This document shows positions 1 to 8,390 of a DNA stretch of 25,953 nucleotides, piece by piece (the stretch's first letter is position 1; each line of letters opens with the position of its first letter). The notes under the pieces are model-generated. The model searched no databases and was not told where the DNA came from. It saw nothing but the letters and a program-made list of their open reading frames with translations. Source of the stretch: Thermodesulfovibrionales bacterium (GTDB lineage: Bacteria; Nitrospirota; Thermodesulfovibrionia; Thermodesulfovibrionales; UBA6898); NCBI GenBank assembly GCA_044450345.1, contig JBIOIY010000044.1:1-25953 (forward strand). The letters are read 5' to 3'. The position numbers and the translations under genes were made by a program.

Positions 1-326
1 GAATAGTCCGATATCTTTTTTTCAAGTAGCGTTCTATGCTTTACTAAACGTTCCAAGACTAAAGGATATGCATCATTTCCCCGTTTCTTCTCTCGTCGGA
101 TAAGGTATAACGCCTTGATTTCTTTAAGCGGCAATCCTAATTCCTTGAGGCTCTGAATGAAGCGAACCTTATCCGCCGCACTATCATCAAAAAGATAAAA
201 TCCACCCGGGCTTCTCTCCACGGCCTCAATAAATCCTTGCTCCAGATAATACCTGACAGTTCTAATCGTTGTGCCGGCCTGATTGGCTACCTCTCCAACT
301 TGTAGAAGGGACCTCCGTTGCTCCAT
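1..326 (-). CDS. MerR-family transcriptional regulator (3' end runs off the window)
   Basis: Manual translation from ATG 326 (not in the ORF track): MEQRRSLLQVGEVANQAGTTIRTVRYYLEQGFIEAVERSPGGFYLFDDSAADKVRFIQSLKELGLPLKEIK..., a MerR HTH signature. Confidence 0.9.
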   Translation of the reverse strand, partial: MEQRRSLLQVGEVANQAGTTIRTVRYYLEQGFIEAVERSPGGFYLFDDSAADKVRFIQSLKELGLPLKEIKALYLIRREKKRGNDAYPLVLERLVKHRTLLEKKISDY

Positions 327-360
327 GTTTCTTTATACCATACAGTTACGTAATTGTCAA
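327..360 (-). promoter_or_regulatory. Sigma70-type promoter of the MerR gene with overlapping dyad (likely leaderless)
   Basis: Minus strand TTGACA(360-355)-17 nt-TATAAA(337-332)-5 nt-ATG; near-palindrome ACAATTACGTAACTGT at 342-357; no SD. Confidence 0.65.
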
Positions 361-385
361 GTTCCTCAGACTCCTTCACTTCTTG

Positions 386-780
386 TTACTCAACATCGAC
401 AGTAATGTTTGTTGTCCAGGTCTGACCGCCTCTTGAAATTTTCACCGCTATAGTCCAGGGACCAGCCATGGACAAACTCATCTTTCCTTTGTACCGACCC
501 TTTTTCATCACAGTGTCAGCTTTATAGTTCATTGCGGGCATCCCCGGCCTGGCCGGTCTGAAATATTCAATTATTACCATCAAATCACTTTGGCGGCGAC
601 CTGATGCATCAGTGACTTCTATGCTGACATTGTTGTCACCCGCAATCGGTGGGTTTCTGTCGCTTTTTATTACGACATTGCACGGCCCGACTATTTTCTT
701 TACTTCATAAACTTTTGCAAAAGCGAGTTTGCCGCCAGAAGCAGGAGCACCGCTAGCAACGTAAATCTGCCCATGATCAT
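386..780 (-). pseudogene. Frameshifted FixH/YtkA-like exported protein, paralog of 20272-20661
   Basis: SD GAGGTGG then ATG 780 gives a signal-like MIMGRFTLLAVLLLLAA that stops at 700. Another frame continues LAFAKVYEVKK..DRNPPIAGDNN..DASG..GMPAMNYKAD..LSMAGPW..VKI..GG..VDVE*, colinear with the 20272 protein. Frameshift near 720-740. Confidence 0.8.
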
Positions 781-1054
781 AATTCCACCTCGGCCTACTC
801 GATGATGAGAACGTGGAGGGGAAACAAACGTTCGGATGGTAAAACCTTCATTCTGTAATCGTGACCCATCGGCCAACGTGCAAAAACAAAACTTGTGGCT
901 GAATTGCGCATCGATGGCCAAACTCAGGCGCGTCGAGTACGGGATGAACATCTCAGTTCAAAGTTCAGCTTGAATTTATCATCTATGGCTTCTCAGGAGA
1001 GACGGCCGAATGGCCCGGAAATCAGTGGCCGAGATGCGTCGGAATGCGCACTGG

Positions 1055-1073
1055 TGCGACCAAAATGCGACCA
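1055..1073. repeat. Direct repeat TGCGACCA-aaa-TGCGACCA, candidate integrase arm-binding sites
   Basis: Two 8-mers with 11-bp period next to the broken tRNA. Confidence 0.5.
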
Positions 1074-1113
1074 GCGTCTTGTAGAATGGCTTAAATACTC
1101 GGTTTTTCAACGT

Positions 1114-1153
1114 ATTTTAAGTCCCTTGCGTCTACCAATTCCGCCACTCGGGC
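1114..1153 (-). tRNA. tRNA-Leu(UAA), 5' half only (truncated after the anticodon loop)
   Basis: GCCCGAGTGGCGGAATTGGTAGACGCAAGGGACTTAAAAT: acceptor 5' strand, D-arm, AGGGA-CT-TAA-AA. It continues TACGT instead of TCCCT, and I found no T-arm/CCA half in the window. Confidence 0.85.
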
Positions 1154-1224
1154 GAGCGTTATAAGATACAAGATCTGGCGGTGAAAAGACAATTAAACGG
1201 GAGTCGGGTGTTGCCGGTACAAAC

Positions 1225-1254
1225 AAAAAAAACCGGGAGATACCCGGCTTTTTT
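1225..1254 (-). terminator. Intrinsic terminator after tusA (possibly bidirectional)
   Basis: Minus strand GCCGGG-tatct-CCCGGT followed by a T run; A/T tracts on both sides. Confidence 0.75.
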
Positions 1255-1277
1255 CTGGAGTAAAGAGCAATAGGAAA

Positions 1278-1514
1278 TTACTTTTTCTTGATGTAAAACT
1301 CGAAAACGTTGCCCTCTTCCTTAGTCCCGACGAGCTCATGTCCGAGCCTTTTCAGTAACGCCGGGATATCGGACTTCGAACCTGCGTCGGTCGAGATGAC
1401 CTCGAGGATCTGCCCTGATTGAAGCGCGTCAATGGCCTTTTTGGTCTTCAATACGGGCATCGGGCAATTCATGCCCTTCGTATCCAGTACGACATCTGCC
1501 TTAATATCACTCAT
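1278..1514 (-). CDS. tusA: TusA-family sulfur carrier protein
   Basis: LDTKGMNCPMPV (CPxP motif), 78 aa, SD GGAGG. Confidence 0.9.
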   Translation of the reverse strand: MSDIKADVVLDTKGMNCPMPVLKTKKAIDALQSGQILEVISTDAGSKSDIPALLKRLGHELVGTKEEGNVFEFYIKKK

Positions 1515-1545
1515 AACAACCTCCTGGTCTCTATTGTCAACAAGA

Positions 1546-1563
1546 TTATAAACTATTTAACAA
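1546..1563. promoter_or_regulatory. Possible Rex-type operator upstream of tusA
   Basis: Minus strand TTGTTAA-ATAG-TTTATAA versus Rex consensus TTGTGAA-N4-TTCACAA (3 mismatches), in an AT-rich promoter region. Confidence 0.3.
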
Positions 1564-1652
1564 TATTCTTTTCTTTTTGTCAACACGTCCCGACTTAGAA
1601 ATTCGGTCACGAAAAATCAGCTTCTTAACAATAGAGCCTTATCGGCAGGCGC

Positions 1653-1937
1653 TCATTTTATTTTTTTCACAAAGTCGGAAACCGTCATACCTGCCAACGT
1701 CAATAATTGGACGGACCCCCGCGAACCAAGCTCCACCGACATCTTCATAACGGCATCATTGTCCTTAGCCTCGACAATATTGACGAAATCATAAGGCCCA
1801 AGAACGGCATACTGCTCCTTGACTTTGATCCCCATCTTTTCGAGTTCCTTGTTCACTTCTAGGATGCGTTTCGGATTTTCCTTGATAGTCTTCCTTCCCT
1901 CATCCGTCAGCTTGCTCAAAATAACATAAGTGCCCAT
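1653..1937 (-). CDS. GYD domain-containing protein
   Basis: YVILSKLTDEG...YAVLGPYDFVNIVEA pattern, 94 aa, SD AAGGAG. Confidence 0.85.
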   Translation of the reverse strand: MGTYVILSKLTDEGRKTIKENPKRILEVNKELEKMGIKVKEQYAVLGPYDFVNIVEAKDNDAVMKMSVELGSRGSVQLLTLAGMTVSDFVKKIK

Positions 1938-2052
1938 AGCTCGTCTCCTTTCTCAATCTGTCTGTATTTGATTTCATATTCTCATTTATACTCCCTTACG
2001 CCTCTGATGTCAATCATTTGACTTCCGCGTCTGTTCGTGCGAGGATTTGAAC

Positions 2053-2886
2053 ATGTGGGAATATACCGATAAGGTAAAAGAAACCTTTCTCAAACCGAAA
2101 AATGTGGGTGAGATTCCGGACGCCGACGCCGTGGGAGAGGTCGGAAGTATCATATGCGGCGATGCGCTTAAGCTCTTTTTGAAGATCGACAAACAGACCG
2201 GGAAAATCGCCGATGCAAAATTCCAGACCTTCGGCTGTGCGAGCGCCATCGCCAGTTCCTCTGCCCTCACCGAACTTGTCAAGGGAAAGACCCTCGATGA
2301 GGCGCTAGAAATATCCAATCAGGACATAGCCGATTTTCTCGGCGGCCTTCCCGACCAGAAGATGCACTGTTCGGTCATGGGCAGGGAGGCGCTCGAAGCG
2401 GCAATCGCAAATTATAAAGGAGAAAAGATACCCGAAAAGGAGGAGGGGAACCTCATCTGTAAATGCTTCAATGTCACCGAAGAGAAGATACGGAAGGTCG
2501 CCGTCGAAAACCACCTCACCACCGTGGACGAAATCACGAATTTTACGAAGGCCGGGGGCGGATGCGGGGAATGCATACCCAATATTGAATCCATACTCAG
2601 GGACATATGGTCCTTAAAGCAGCCCGAAAAGCCCCCGAAACCTAAAAAGCTTACCAACCTTCATAAGATAGCGCTCATACAGGAGATTATTGAAAACGAA
2701 ATAAGACCGGGTCTCCAGGCGGACAACGGCGACGTCGAGATCATCGATATCGAAGGCACTAAGGTAACGGTCGCCCTCCGGGGCATGTGCACCGGATGCC
2801 TCATGGCCGACGTCACGGTAAAGGGCATTCAGGACAAGCTGAAGGAACTTGTGAGCGACGATATAGTCGTGGAGGTATATCAATGA
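2053..2886 (+). CDS. nifU: Fe-S cluster assembly scaffold NifU (three-domain)
   Basis: IscU-like domain (CGD, FGC, MHCS), central CKC...CGEC [2Fe-2S] domain and C-terminal Nfu CTGC; ATG 2053 follows GAGG. Confidence 0.95.
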   Translation: MWEYTDKVKETFLKPKNVGEIPDADAVGEVGSIICGDALKLFLKIDKQTGKIADAKFQTFGCASAIASSSALTELVKGKTLDEALEISNQDIADFLGGLPDQKMHCSVMGREALEAAIANYKGEKIPEKEEGNLICKCFNVTEEKIRKVAVENHLTTVDEITNFTKAGGGCGECIPNIESILRDIWSLKQPEKPPKPKKLTNLHKIALIQEIIENEIRPGLQADNGDVEIIDIEGTKVTVALRGMCTGCLMADVTVKGIQDKLKELVSDDIVVEVYQ

Positions 2887-4061
2887 GCGCTATTTACCTC
2901 GACAACAATGCGACTACCAGGATAGCGCCGGAGGTAGTCCAGGAGATGATGCCCTATCTGACAGAACTCTACGGCAACCCATCGAGCATGCATACGTTCG
3001 GAGGGCAACTTTACCGGAAGATCGAGGAGGCCAGGGAAAAGGTAGCTTCGCTCATCAATGCCGAGCCCGAGGAGATCATCTTTACGAGCTGCGGGACCGA
3101 GAGTGACAACACAGCGATCCTGAGCGCCGTCGAGTCCTATCCTCGGAAAAAACATGTCATCACCACGAGGGTAGAACATCCCGCGGTGCTGAACTTTTGC
3201 AAGCATCTCACCAGAAAGGGCTATCGGGTCACCTTTGTCCCGGTGAACCACCTTGGGCAGCTCGACTTGGATTTTTTTTTCAAGTCGCTCGATGACGAAA
3301 CCGCCCTCGTCTCGGTCATGCACGCCAACAACGAGACAGGGGTAATTTTCCCTGTGGCCGAGATCGCCGAAAGGCTGAATGAAAGGGGCATCCTGTTTCA
3401 TACCGATGCCGTCCAGACGGTCGGTAAGATCAGTATCAACCTAAAAAGCCTCCCCGTAGACATGCTCTCACTTTCAGGGCACAAGCTCCATGCGCAAAAA
3501 GGGATCGGCGTACTTTATGTCAGGAAGGGCACGAGGTTCAGCCCTTTCATCATCGGCGGCCACCAGGAAATGGGGAGACGCGCCGGCACAGAAAACGTGG
3601 CGTCCATCGTCGGACTCGGAAAGGCCTGCGAACTGGCAGACAAATTCCTGCACATGGAGGCGACGTATCTCAAAGTACTCTGTGACAAGCTCGAAACCGC
3701 TCTTCTGAACTGCTGTCCGGATGCGAGGATCAACGGCGACATGGAGAACAGGCTCCCGAACACCACTAATATAAGTTTCGAATACGTCGAAGGAGAGGCG
3801 ATATTGCTGCGGCTGAACGAATTCGGGATCTGCGCGTCCTCCGGCTCGGCCTGCACTTCCGGATCACTGGAACCTTCACACGTCCTGCGCGCGATGGGCA
3901 TACCCTATACTGCGGTGCACGGTTCTATCAGGTTCTCTCTAAGCCGCTATACTACCGAACAGGAGATCGACCGGGTAATAGAGGTAATGCCGGGGATCAT
4001 CCGCGAACTGAGAGAGCTTTCACCCTTCGGCAGGGAAAAATTCTTCTGCCCCCCGGAATGA
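2883..4061 (+). CDS. nifS: Cysteine desulfurase NifS
   Basis: IYLDNNATT, GNPSS, SGHK (PLP Lys), SSGSACTS; ATGA overlap with the nifU stop. Confidence 0.95.
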   Translation: MSAIYLDNNATTRIAPEVVQEMMPYLTELYGNPSSMHTFGGQLYRKIEEAREKVASLINAEPEEIIFTSCGTESDNTAILSAVESYPRKKHVITTRVEHPAVLNFCKHLTRKGYRVTFVPVNHLGQLDLDFFFKSLDDETALVSVMHANNETGVIFPVAEIAERLNERGILFHTDAVQTVGKISINLKSLPVDMLSLSGHKLHAQKGIGVLYVRKGTRFSPFIIGGHQEMGRRAGTENVASIVGLGKACELADKFLHMEATYLKVLCDKLETALLNCCPDARINGDMENRLPNTTNISFEYVEGEAILLRLNEFGICASSGSACTSGSLEPSHVLRAMGIPYTAVHGSIRFSLSRYTTEQEIDRVIEVMPGIIRELRELSPFGREKFFCPPE

Positions 4062-4069
4062 TACAACCT

Positions 4070-4879
4070 CTACTCAGACGGTCTCGTCCTCTCTATCGGC
4101 TGAGAAGACTGCTCCTCTGAAGTTACATCGGGCTCCGTATTTTCCTCCACCTCTTCGTACTCAGGAACCACGATGCCTCTTTTTACCATAATTTTGTAAA
4201 TAAGATTCGAGCGGTTCACGACATAACGCTGGGTACCAACGGGATTAAACTTCCTCGGGTTCGGCAGCACCGCCGCGAGCCGCACCGCCTCTTCAGGCCC
4301 AAGGGCGGATGCAGGCTTGCCGTAATAATGCCTTGCCGCTGCCTCTATCCCGAATATCCCATTATCGCCCCACTCCGCGACGTTCAGATAGAGTTCAAGA
4401 ATCCTCTTCTTTGACAATGCCTTTTCCATCCGCCGGGTGATAATCGCTTCTCTGATCTTTCTGACGGGGTTCTTTGAAGGCGAGAGAAAAAGGTTCTTCG
4501 CGAGCTGCTGGCTTATTGTCGACCCCCCGAGTTTGAACTTCTGCTCTTTTAAGTCTTTTTCGATCGCCTTCTGCATCGCCTCGTAATCGAACCCCTCGTG
4601 CTTCCAGAACTTGTCGTCCTCACCTATGAGGACCGCCTTGACAAGGTATGGCGAAACAGCGCGAAGGGGGACCCATTTTTGAACGACCCTGTAATTTTTC
4701 CCTTCCCTCTTCCATTCCGCCTCGCGGTACTCCATCATGGCCGTCTTCCCGGGGTTCACCTTTTTCAGGACGGAAACGTCGGGATAGACGAACTGTAAGG
4801 CGACAAATCCCGCCAGGGAGATTAAGGACAGGGGAATTATGTATTTAAGAAATGATCTTCTCTTTTTTCTTCTGGCCAT
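4070..4879 (-). CDS. mtgA: Monofunctional peptidoglycan transglycosylase
   Basis: N-terminal TM, EDDKFWKHEG, GGSTISQQLAKNL, RKIRE, KKRILELYLN (GT51 motifs). Confidence 0.92.
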   Translation of the reverse strand: MARRKKRRSFLKYIIPLSLISLAGFVALQFVYPDVSVLKKVNPGKTAMMEYREAEWKREGKNYRVVQKWVPLRAVSPYLVKAVLIGEDDKFWKHEGFDYEAMQKAIEKDLKEQKFKLGGSTISQQLAKNLFLSPSKNPVRKIREAIITRRMEKALSKKRILELYLNVAEWGDNGIFGIEAAARHYYGKPASALGPEEAVRLAAVLPNPRKFNPVGTQRYVVNRSNLIYKIMVKRGIVVPEYEEVEENTEPDVTSEEQSSQPIERTRPSE

Positions 4880-4896
4880 TTGGGATCTGTCTTGAT

Positions 4897-6300
4897 TCAG
4901 AGCAGCGGTGTTTCGTCGAAGCTGATCTCCGCGTCCGGCGCAATGTCCTTCTGTCGTCTCAAATCCTCGATTTTCTTAAGAGGCCTGTCGAGCATATTGG
5001 TCCTCGTTGTTACAAGAAGGTCGTATTCCTTTTTTGCTGCGTCAAGCCTTTCTCCCATTAGCCTGAACTTTTCTTTATACGCGTTCCATTGTTTCGAAAA
5101 CTCCGCAAGCAGCTTCAGTATCTCGGAGGCTGTCCGTTCGAGATTGAAGTTTTCGACCGCCTGCCGTATGACAGCAAGCACGGCATAAAGGGTGAAAGGA
5201 GAGCATAAGATGACCTTTTGTTTCAGTGCCTCATCCATGATGGTCGGGTCGGCTTCATTTATGAAACTATACACCTGCTCATTTGGGATGAAGACAAGCA
5301 CATAATCAACGGTATTTTCACCGGGGTTTATATAATCTCGTGTCGTTACCTGTTTTATCATGGTCTTTGCGTTTTTCAGAAGTTCGTCCTTAAAACGCCT
5401 CCTATCGTGTTCCGACTGCGCATCGAGATAGTGCTGATAGTTTTCGAGCGGAAATTTCACGTCCATATTGACCATCAGGTCATTCGGAAGCAAGAAGGTG
5501 TAATCAGGTCGCCCCGGGGCGTGCTCCAGGGTCTTTTGCTTGATATAATTTATCCCTTCGGACATCCCTATCAGTCTGATAACGTCTTCCGCCATGCGCT
5601 CGCCCCACTCCCCTCTTTTCTTCGAACTCGCAAAGGCGTGCCGCAGATGGTCCGTGGTATCCTTCAGTTTGACAGTTACTTCTTCATGCTTTTTGATGAG
5701 CATCGATACCTCAGAGAATTTTTCGCCGCTAGTCTTACCGACATCTTCAATCCTCTTCTGGACCTCGGTCAGGGTCTTTCCTATAGCTTCGATGTTTTGG
5801 TCGATGAGTCCCTTCTTTCCCTCAAGCTCTTTCTTGCCTTCGACCGTTTGGGATTTGAGCTTTTCTTCCGCAAGTTTAATGAACTCCTCCCCGTATTTCT
5901 TGAATTCGTCCGAGTTCCTGGCAAGGGCATCGAGCGAAAGGGCCTTGAACGTCTCTCCAAGCTTGGTCTCCATTTCTTCGAAACGGCCCATCTGTTCTTT
6001 GAGGTATTTCTGCGCCTCTTCGAGCCGCGCCTTAACTTCCCGTTCTTTCCCGAGCTCGCCCTGCAACCGCTCAAGGTCAGTGTCTTTCTGCCCGAGCTGC
6101 TGCCTTAACTCAGCGTTCACCGCCTCTGCGCTCTTTGCCTTCCCTTCGAGTTCATTTTTCAGGTCAGACTGTTTCATCTGCTCTTCTGCGAGCTGCCCCG
6201 AGTAGAACCACTTCAGACGGGAAGAAGCGATTATCCAGGCCGCAACTCCCCCTATTACCGCTCCGAGGATGATATATACTGCAGTATATGGATTAAGCAA
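4897..6300 (-). CDS. rmuC: DNA recombination protein RmuC
   Basis: N-terminal TM, long coiled coil, RGEWGE, RPD, DVKFP, FIPNE, SPFTL; TTG start overlaps the argB stop. Confidence 0.9.
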   Translation of the reverse strand: MLNPYTAVYIILGAVIGGVAAWIIASSRLKWFYSGQLAEEQMKQSDLKNELEGKAKSAEAVNAELRQQLGQKDTDLERLQGELGKEREVKARLEEAQKYLKEQMGRFEEMETKLGETFKALSLDALARNSDEFKKYGEEFIKLAEEKLKSQTVEGKKELEGKKGLIDQNIEAIGKTLTEVQKRIEDVGKTSGEKFSEVSMLIKKHEEVTVKLKDTTDHLRHAFASSKKRGEWGERMAEDVIRLIGMSEGINYIKQKTLEHAPGRPDYTFLLPNDLMVNMDVKFPLENYQHYLDAQSEHDRRRFKDELLKNAKTMIKQVTTRDYINPGENTVDYVLVFIPNEQVYSFINEADPTIMDEALKQKVILCSPFTLYAVLAVIRQAVENFNLERTASEILKLLAEFSKQWNAYKEKFRLMGERLDAAKKEYDLLVTTRTNMLDRPLKKIEDLRRQKDIAPDAEISFDETPLL

Positions 6301-7177
6301 GTATCTCCGTCCCTATACCTTCTTTTGTGAATATCTCGAGCAGGAGGCAATGGGGCACCCTTCCGTCGACGATGTGCGTCTTCCCTACTCCGCCTGCGAT
6401 GGCGTTCAGACAGGCCGTAACCTTGGGCAGCATGCCCCCGGAAATGGTGCCGTCTTTTACCAGTTTGTCGATCTGGCCTTTCCTCAGGGTCGAAAGCGTC
6501 TTCCCTTTTTTGTCGAGAAGTCCCGGCACGTCGGTCAAAAGGATAAGTTTCTCGGCCCCGAGGGCGGACGATAACGCAGACGCGACAAAATCGGCGTTGA
6601 TATTCAGCGTCTCGCCCTTCGGTCCGACTCCTATCGGCGCAACGACAGGGATAAAGCCGCTCTTGTCGAGACCGTCTATCACCGACGGATCCACGGATGT
6701 CACCTCTCCTACAAGGCCCAGGTCGATTATCTCCTCCATCCCGGCCTCCGGAGCAGGTTTCCTGATCATCTTCTTCTGAGCGCGGATCATGCCTCCGTCC
6801 TTTCCGCTCAGCCCCACCGCCTTCCCTCCGTGCCTGTTTATAAGAGAGACGATCTCCTTATTTATGAGGCCGCCGAGCACCATCTCTACTATGTCCATCG
6901 TCTCCTGGTCGGTCACCCGCTGACCGTTTACGAACTCCGGCTTCTTCCCCATCTTCTCCATAGTCGCCGAAATCTTCGGTCCGCCTCCGTGTACGATGAC
7001 CGTGTGAATCCCGATGTAATTCATTATGACGACGTCCTTTGCGAAAGACTCCTTCAGCTCGCTCTTTGTCTGTGCGGCCCCGCCGTATTTTATAACAAAG
7101 GTCTTGCCGTAAAAATTCCTGATATAAGGCAGCGCATCGATAAGTATCTCCGCCTTCTTAATGATCTCTTCCATCAT
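6293..7177 (-). CDS. argB: Acetylglutamate kinase
   Basis: ALPYI..FVIKYGG, VHGGGP, GQRVTD, NINAD, GGMLPK; start at ATG 7177 or 7174. Confidence 0.96.
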   Translation of the reverse strand: MMEEIIKKAEILIDALPYIRNFYGKTFVIKYGGAAQTKSELKESFAKDVVIMNYIGIHTVIVHGGGPKISATMEKMGKKPEFVNGQRVTDQETMDIVEMVLGGLINKEIVSLINRHGGKAVGLSGKDGGMIRAQKKMIRKPAPEAGMEEIIDLGLVGEVTSVDPSVIDGLDKSGFIPVVAPIGVGPKGETLNINADFVASALSSALGAEKLILLTDVPGLLDKKGKTLSTLRKGQIDKLVKDGTISGGMLPKVTACLNAIAGGVGKTHIVDGRVPHCLLLEIFTKEGIGTEILA

Positions 7178-7398
7178 CTCTTCCCTTCCATACACCGGAT
7201 GCACAATAATCTTCCGTCCTTTATCCGCACCTTCGGCTCGACTACCTTTTCCCCGCAGTTGTCGCAGACGATGCTCCGATAGATCTCCTCCGACCTTCTT
7301 TTGAACTCCCTGAGCGCCCTCAAAGAGACCCTGTAGCCGAGTGCAAGTCCCGGACAGGAATGTCTATGGAATTCAACCGCTTCACCATATGTTTTCAT
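7174..7398 (-). CDS. Miniature FmdE-like protein (N-terminal HxHxCPG joined to a C4 zinc finger); possibly an internally deleted pseudogene
   Basis: FHRHSCPGLALGYR followed directly by IYRSIVCDNCGEKV...CIRC; 74 aa. Confidence 0.7.
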   Translation of the reverse strand: MKTYGEAVEFHRHSCPGLALGYRVSLRALREFKRRSEEIYRSIVCDNCGEKVVEPKVRIKDGRLLCIRCMEGKR

Positions 7399-7478
7399 AC
7401 GGGAATTTTACACGAAAAGAGAATTTTTTTATAGCGTGGCATAGTTGGTTGGGCAGATATGGCAAAAAATCACAGGTC

Positions 7479-8144
7479 TCAGATCTTCAGGTCCGCCTTC
7501 ACGACCAGAGCAGGATATCCCTCTTGTCCCAATTGCTCGGCCGTCGAAAGCGCTCCGGACATAACGTCGAAATTGCCGACTCTCACCCTGTAATAAGTCG
7601 ATCCCTTTATCTCGGCCTCCTGGATATAGACATTCCCGTATTTCAGGTTGAGCGCCTTTTTCAACCGTATCGCATTGATGCTCTCACTGAAAGAGCCGAC
7701 CTGTATCGCAAAAGGGCCCGTCTTCCCGGCAGCCTGCACCCTCACCTTTCTAATATAAGAGCTGTCCCTGCCGGTGACCTCGACAAAAACTCTGCCCGTC
7801 CCGGGACCTATCACCCCGATCTCCTTGGCAGCAGCATATGAGAGGTCAAGGTCTCTCCCTTCGACAAAAGGGCCTCTGTCATTCACAATGCATTCGACCG
7901 TTTTTTTGTTAGCGGTATTGGTGACCTTCAATATTGTTCCGAAAGGGTAAGCCCTGTGCGCGCAGGTCATAGAATACATATTAAAAATCTCACCGGAAGA
8001 CGTCGGCCGTCCATGAAAATCAGGGCCATACCAGGAGGCAACGACATAGGAGGACTCCGGAGTCACTTCCTGCCTTGCCGTCGAACAAGCGCACAACCCT
8101 GTTATTATCGAAAGGGACAATATTACGGCAATTCTGATCGTCAT
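7479..8144 (-). CDS. rlpA: Septal ring lytic transglycosylase RlpA (lipoprotein with SPOR domain)
   Basis: Lipobox-like LCAC, ASWYG..FHG..TSSGE, NDRGP, DLS; C-terminal IQVGSF..YRVRVG. Confidence 0.93.
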   Translation of the reverse strand: MTIRIAVILSLSIITGLCACSTARQEVTPESSYVVASWYGPDFHGRPTSSGEIFNMYSMTCAHRAYPFGTILKVTNTANKKTVECIVNDRGPFVEGRDLDLSYAAAKEIGVIGPGTGRVFVEVTGRDSSYIRKVRVQAAGKTGPFAIQVGSFSESINAIRLKKALNLKYGNVYIQEAEIKGSTYYRVRVGNFDVMSGALSTAEQLGQEGYPALVVKADLKI

Positions 8145-8276
8145 TTTTTTCCGTCAATAACAGGTGTCCCCATTAAGGTAAACATTCATCCAGTAGGAAG
8201 AGCCTGGGTTTTCGAGCGGCTTCAGCGGCGCGGATTGCATCGCCCCCACGGTGATGTGCGCCGGTGCCCCGGAATT

Positions 8277-8304
8277 GTAGGGGCGTATGGCGATACGCCC
8301 TTAC
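8277..8304. repeat. REP-like palindrome GTAGGGGCGTATGGCGATACGCCCTTAC
   Basis: GTAG-headed hairpin; near-identical copy at 21617-21643; degenerate inverted partner at about 8225-8249. Confidence 0.75.
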
Positions 8305-8390
8305 GACGGCCCGAGAATGAGCGTCCGTCACAGACGGATTCGCCGGGGAGAAAAAAAACAGTCCCATGCGGCCATCATGAATGATCCGGC

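Larger units (their letters stand above)
1..1113. mobile_element. Probable end of an integrative element/genomic island inserted at the tRNA-Leu(UAA) anticodon loop; extends left of the window
   Basis: tRNA homology stops abruptly after the anticodon loop; tandem direct repeats lie about 40 nt inside; accessory metal-related cargo; no integrase visible in the window. Confidence 0.55.

Noticed and set aside
780..1119. Group I intron in tRNA-Leu(UAA), as in cyanobacteria
   Set aside because: A P1-like pairing (CTTAAAATAC/GTATTTAAG) exists but lacks the U-G splice pair, and I found no P/Q/R/S core elements or 3' exon.
2787..2882. Longer nifS start from the ORF track
   Set aside because: It overlaps nifU; family homology begins at ATG 2883.
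2053..4061. Nitrogen fixation cluster
   Set aside because: No nitrogenase genes are in the window; stand-alone nifUS commonly serves general Fe-S assembly in anaerobes.
8173..8367. 64-aa ORF between hslU and rlpA
   Set aside because: It is largely composed of REP sequence, with no SD and no recognisable domain.
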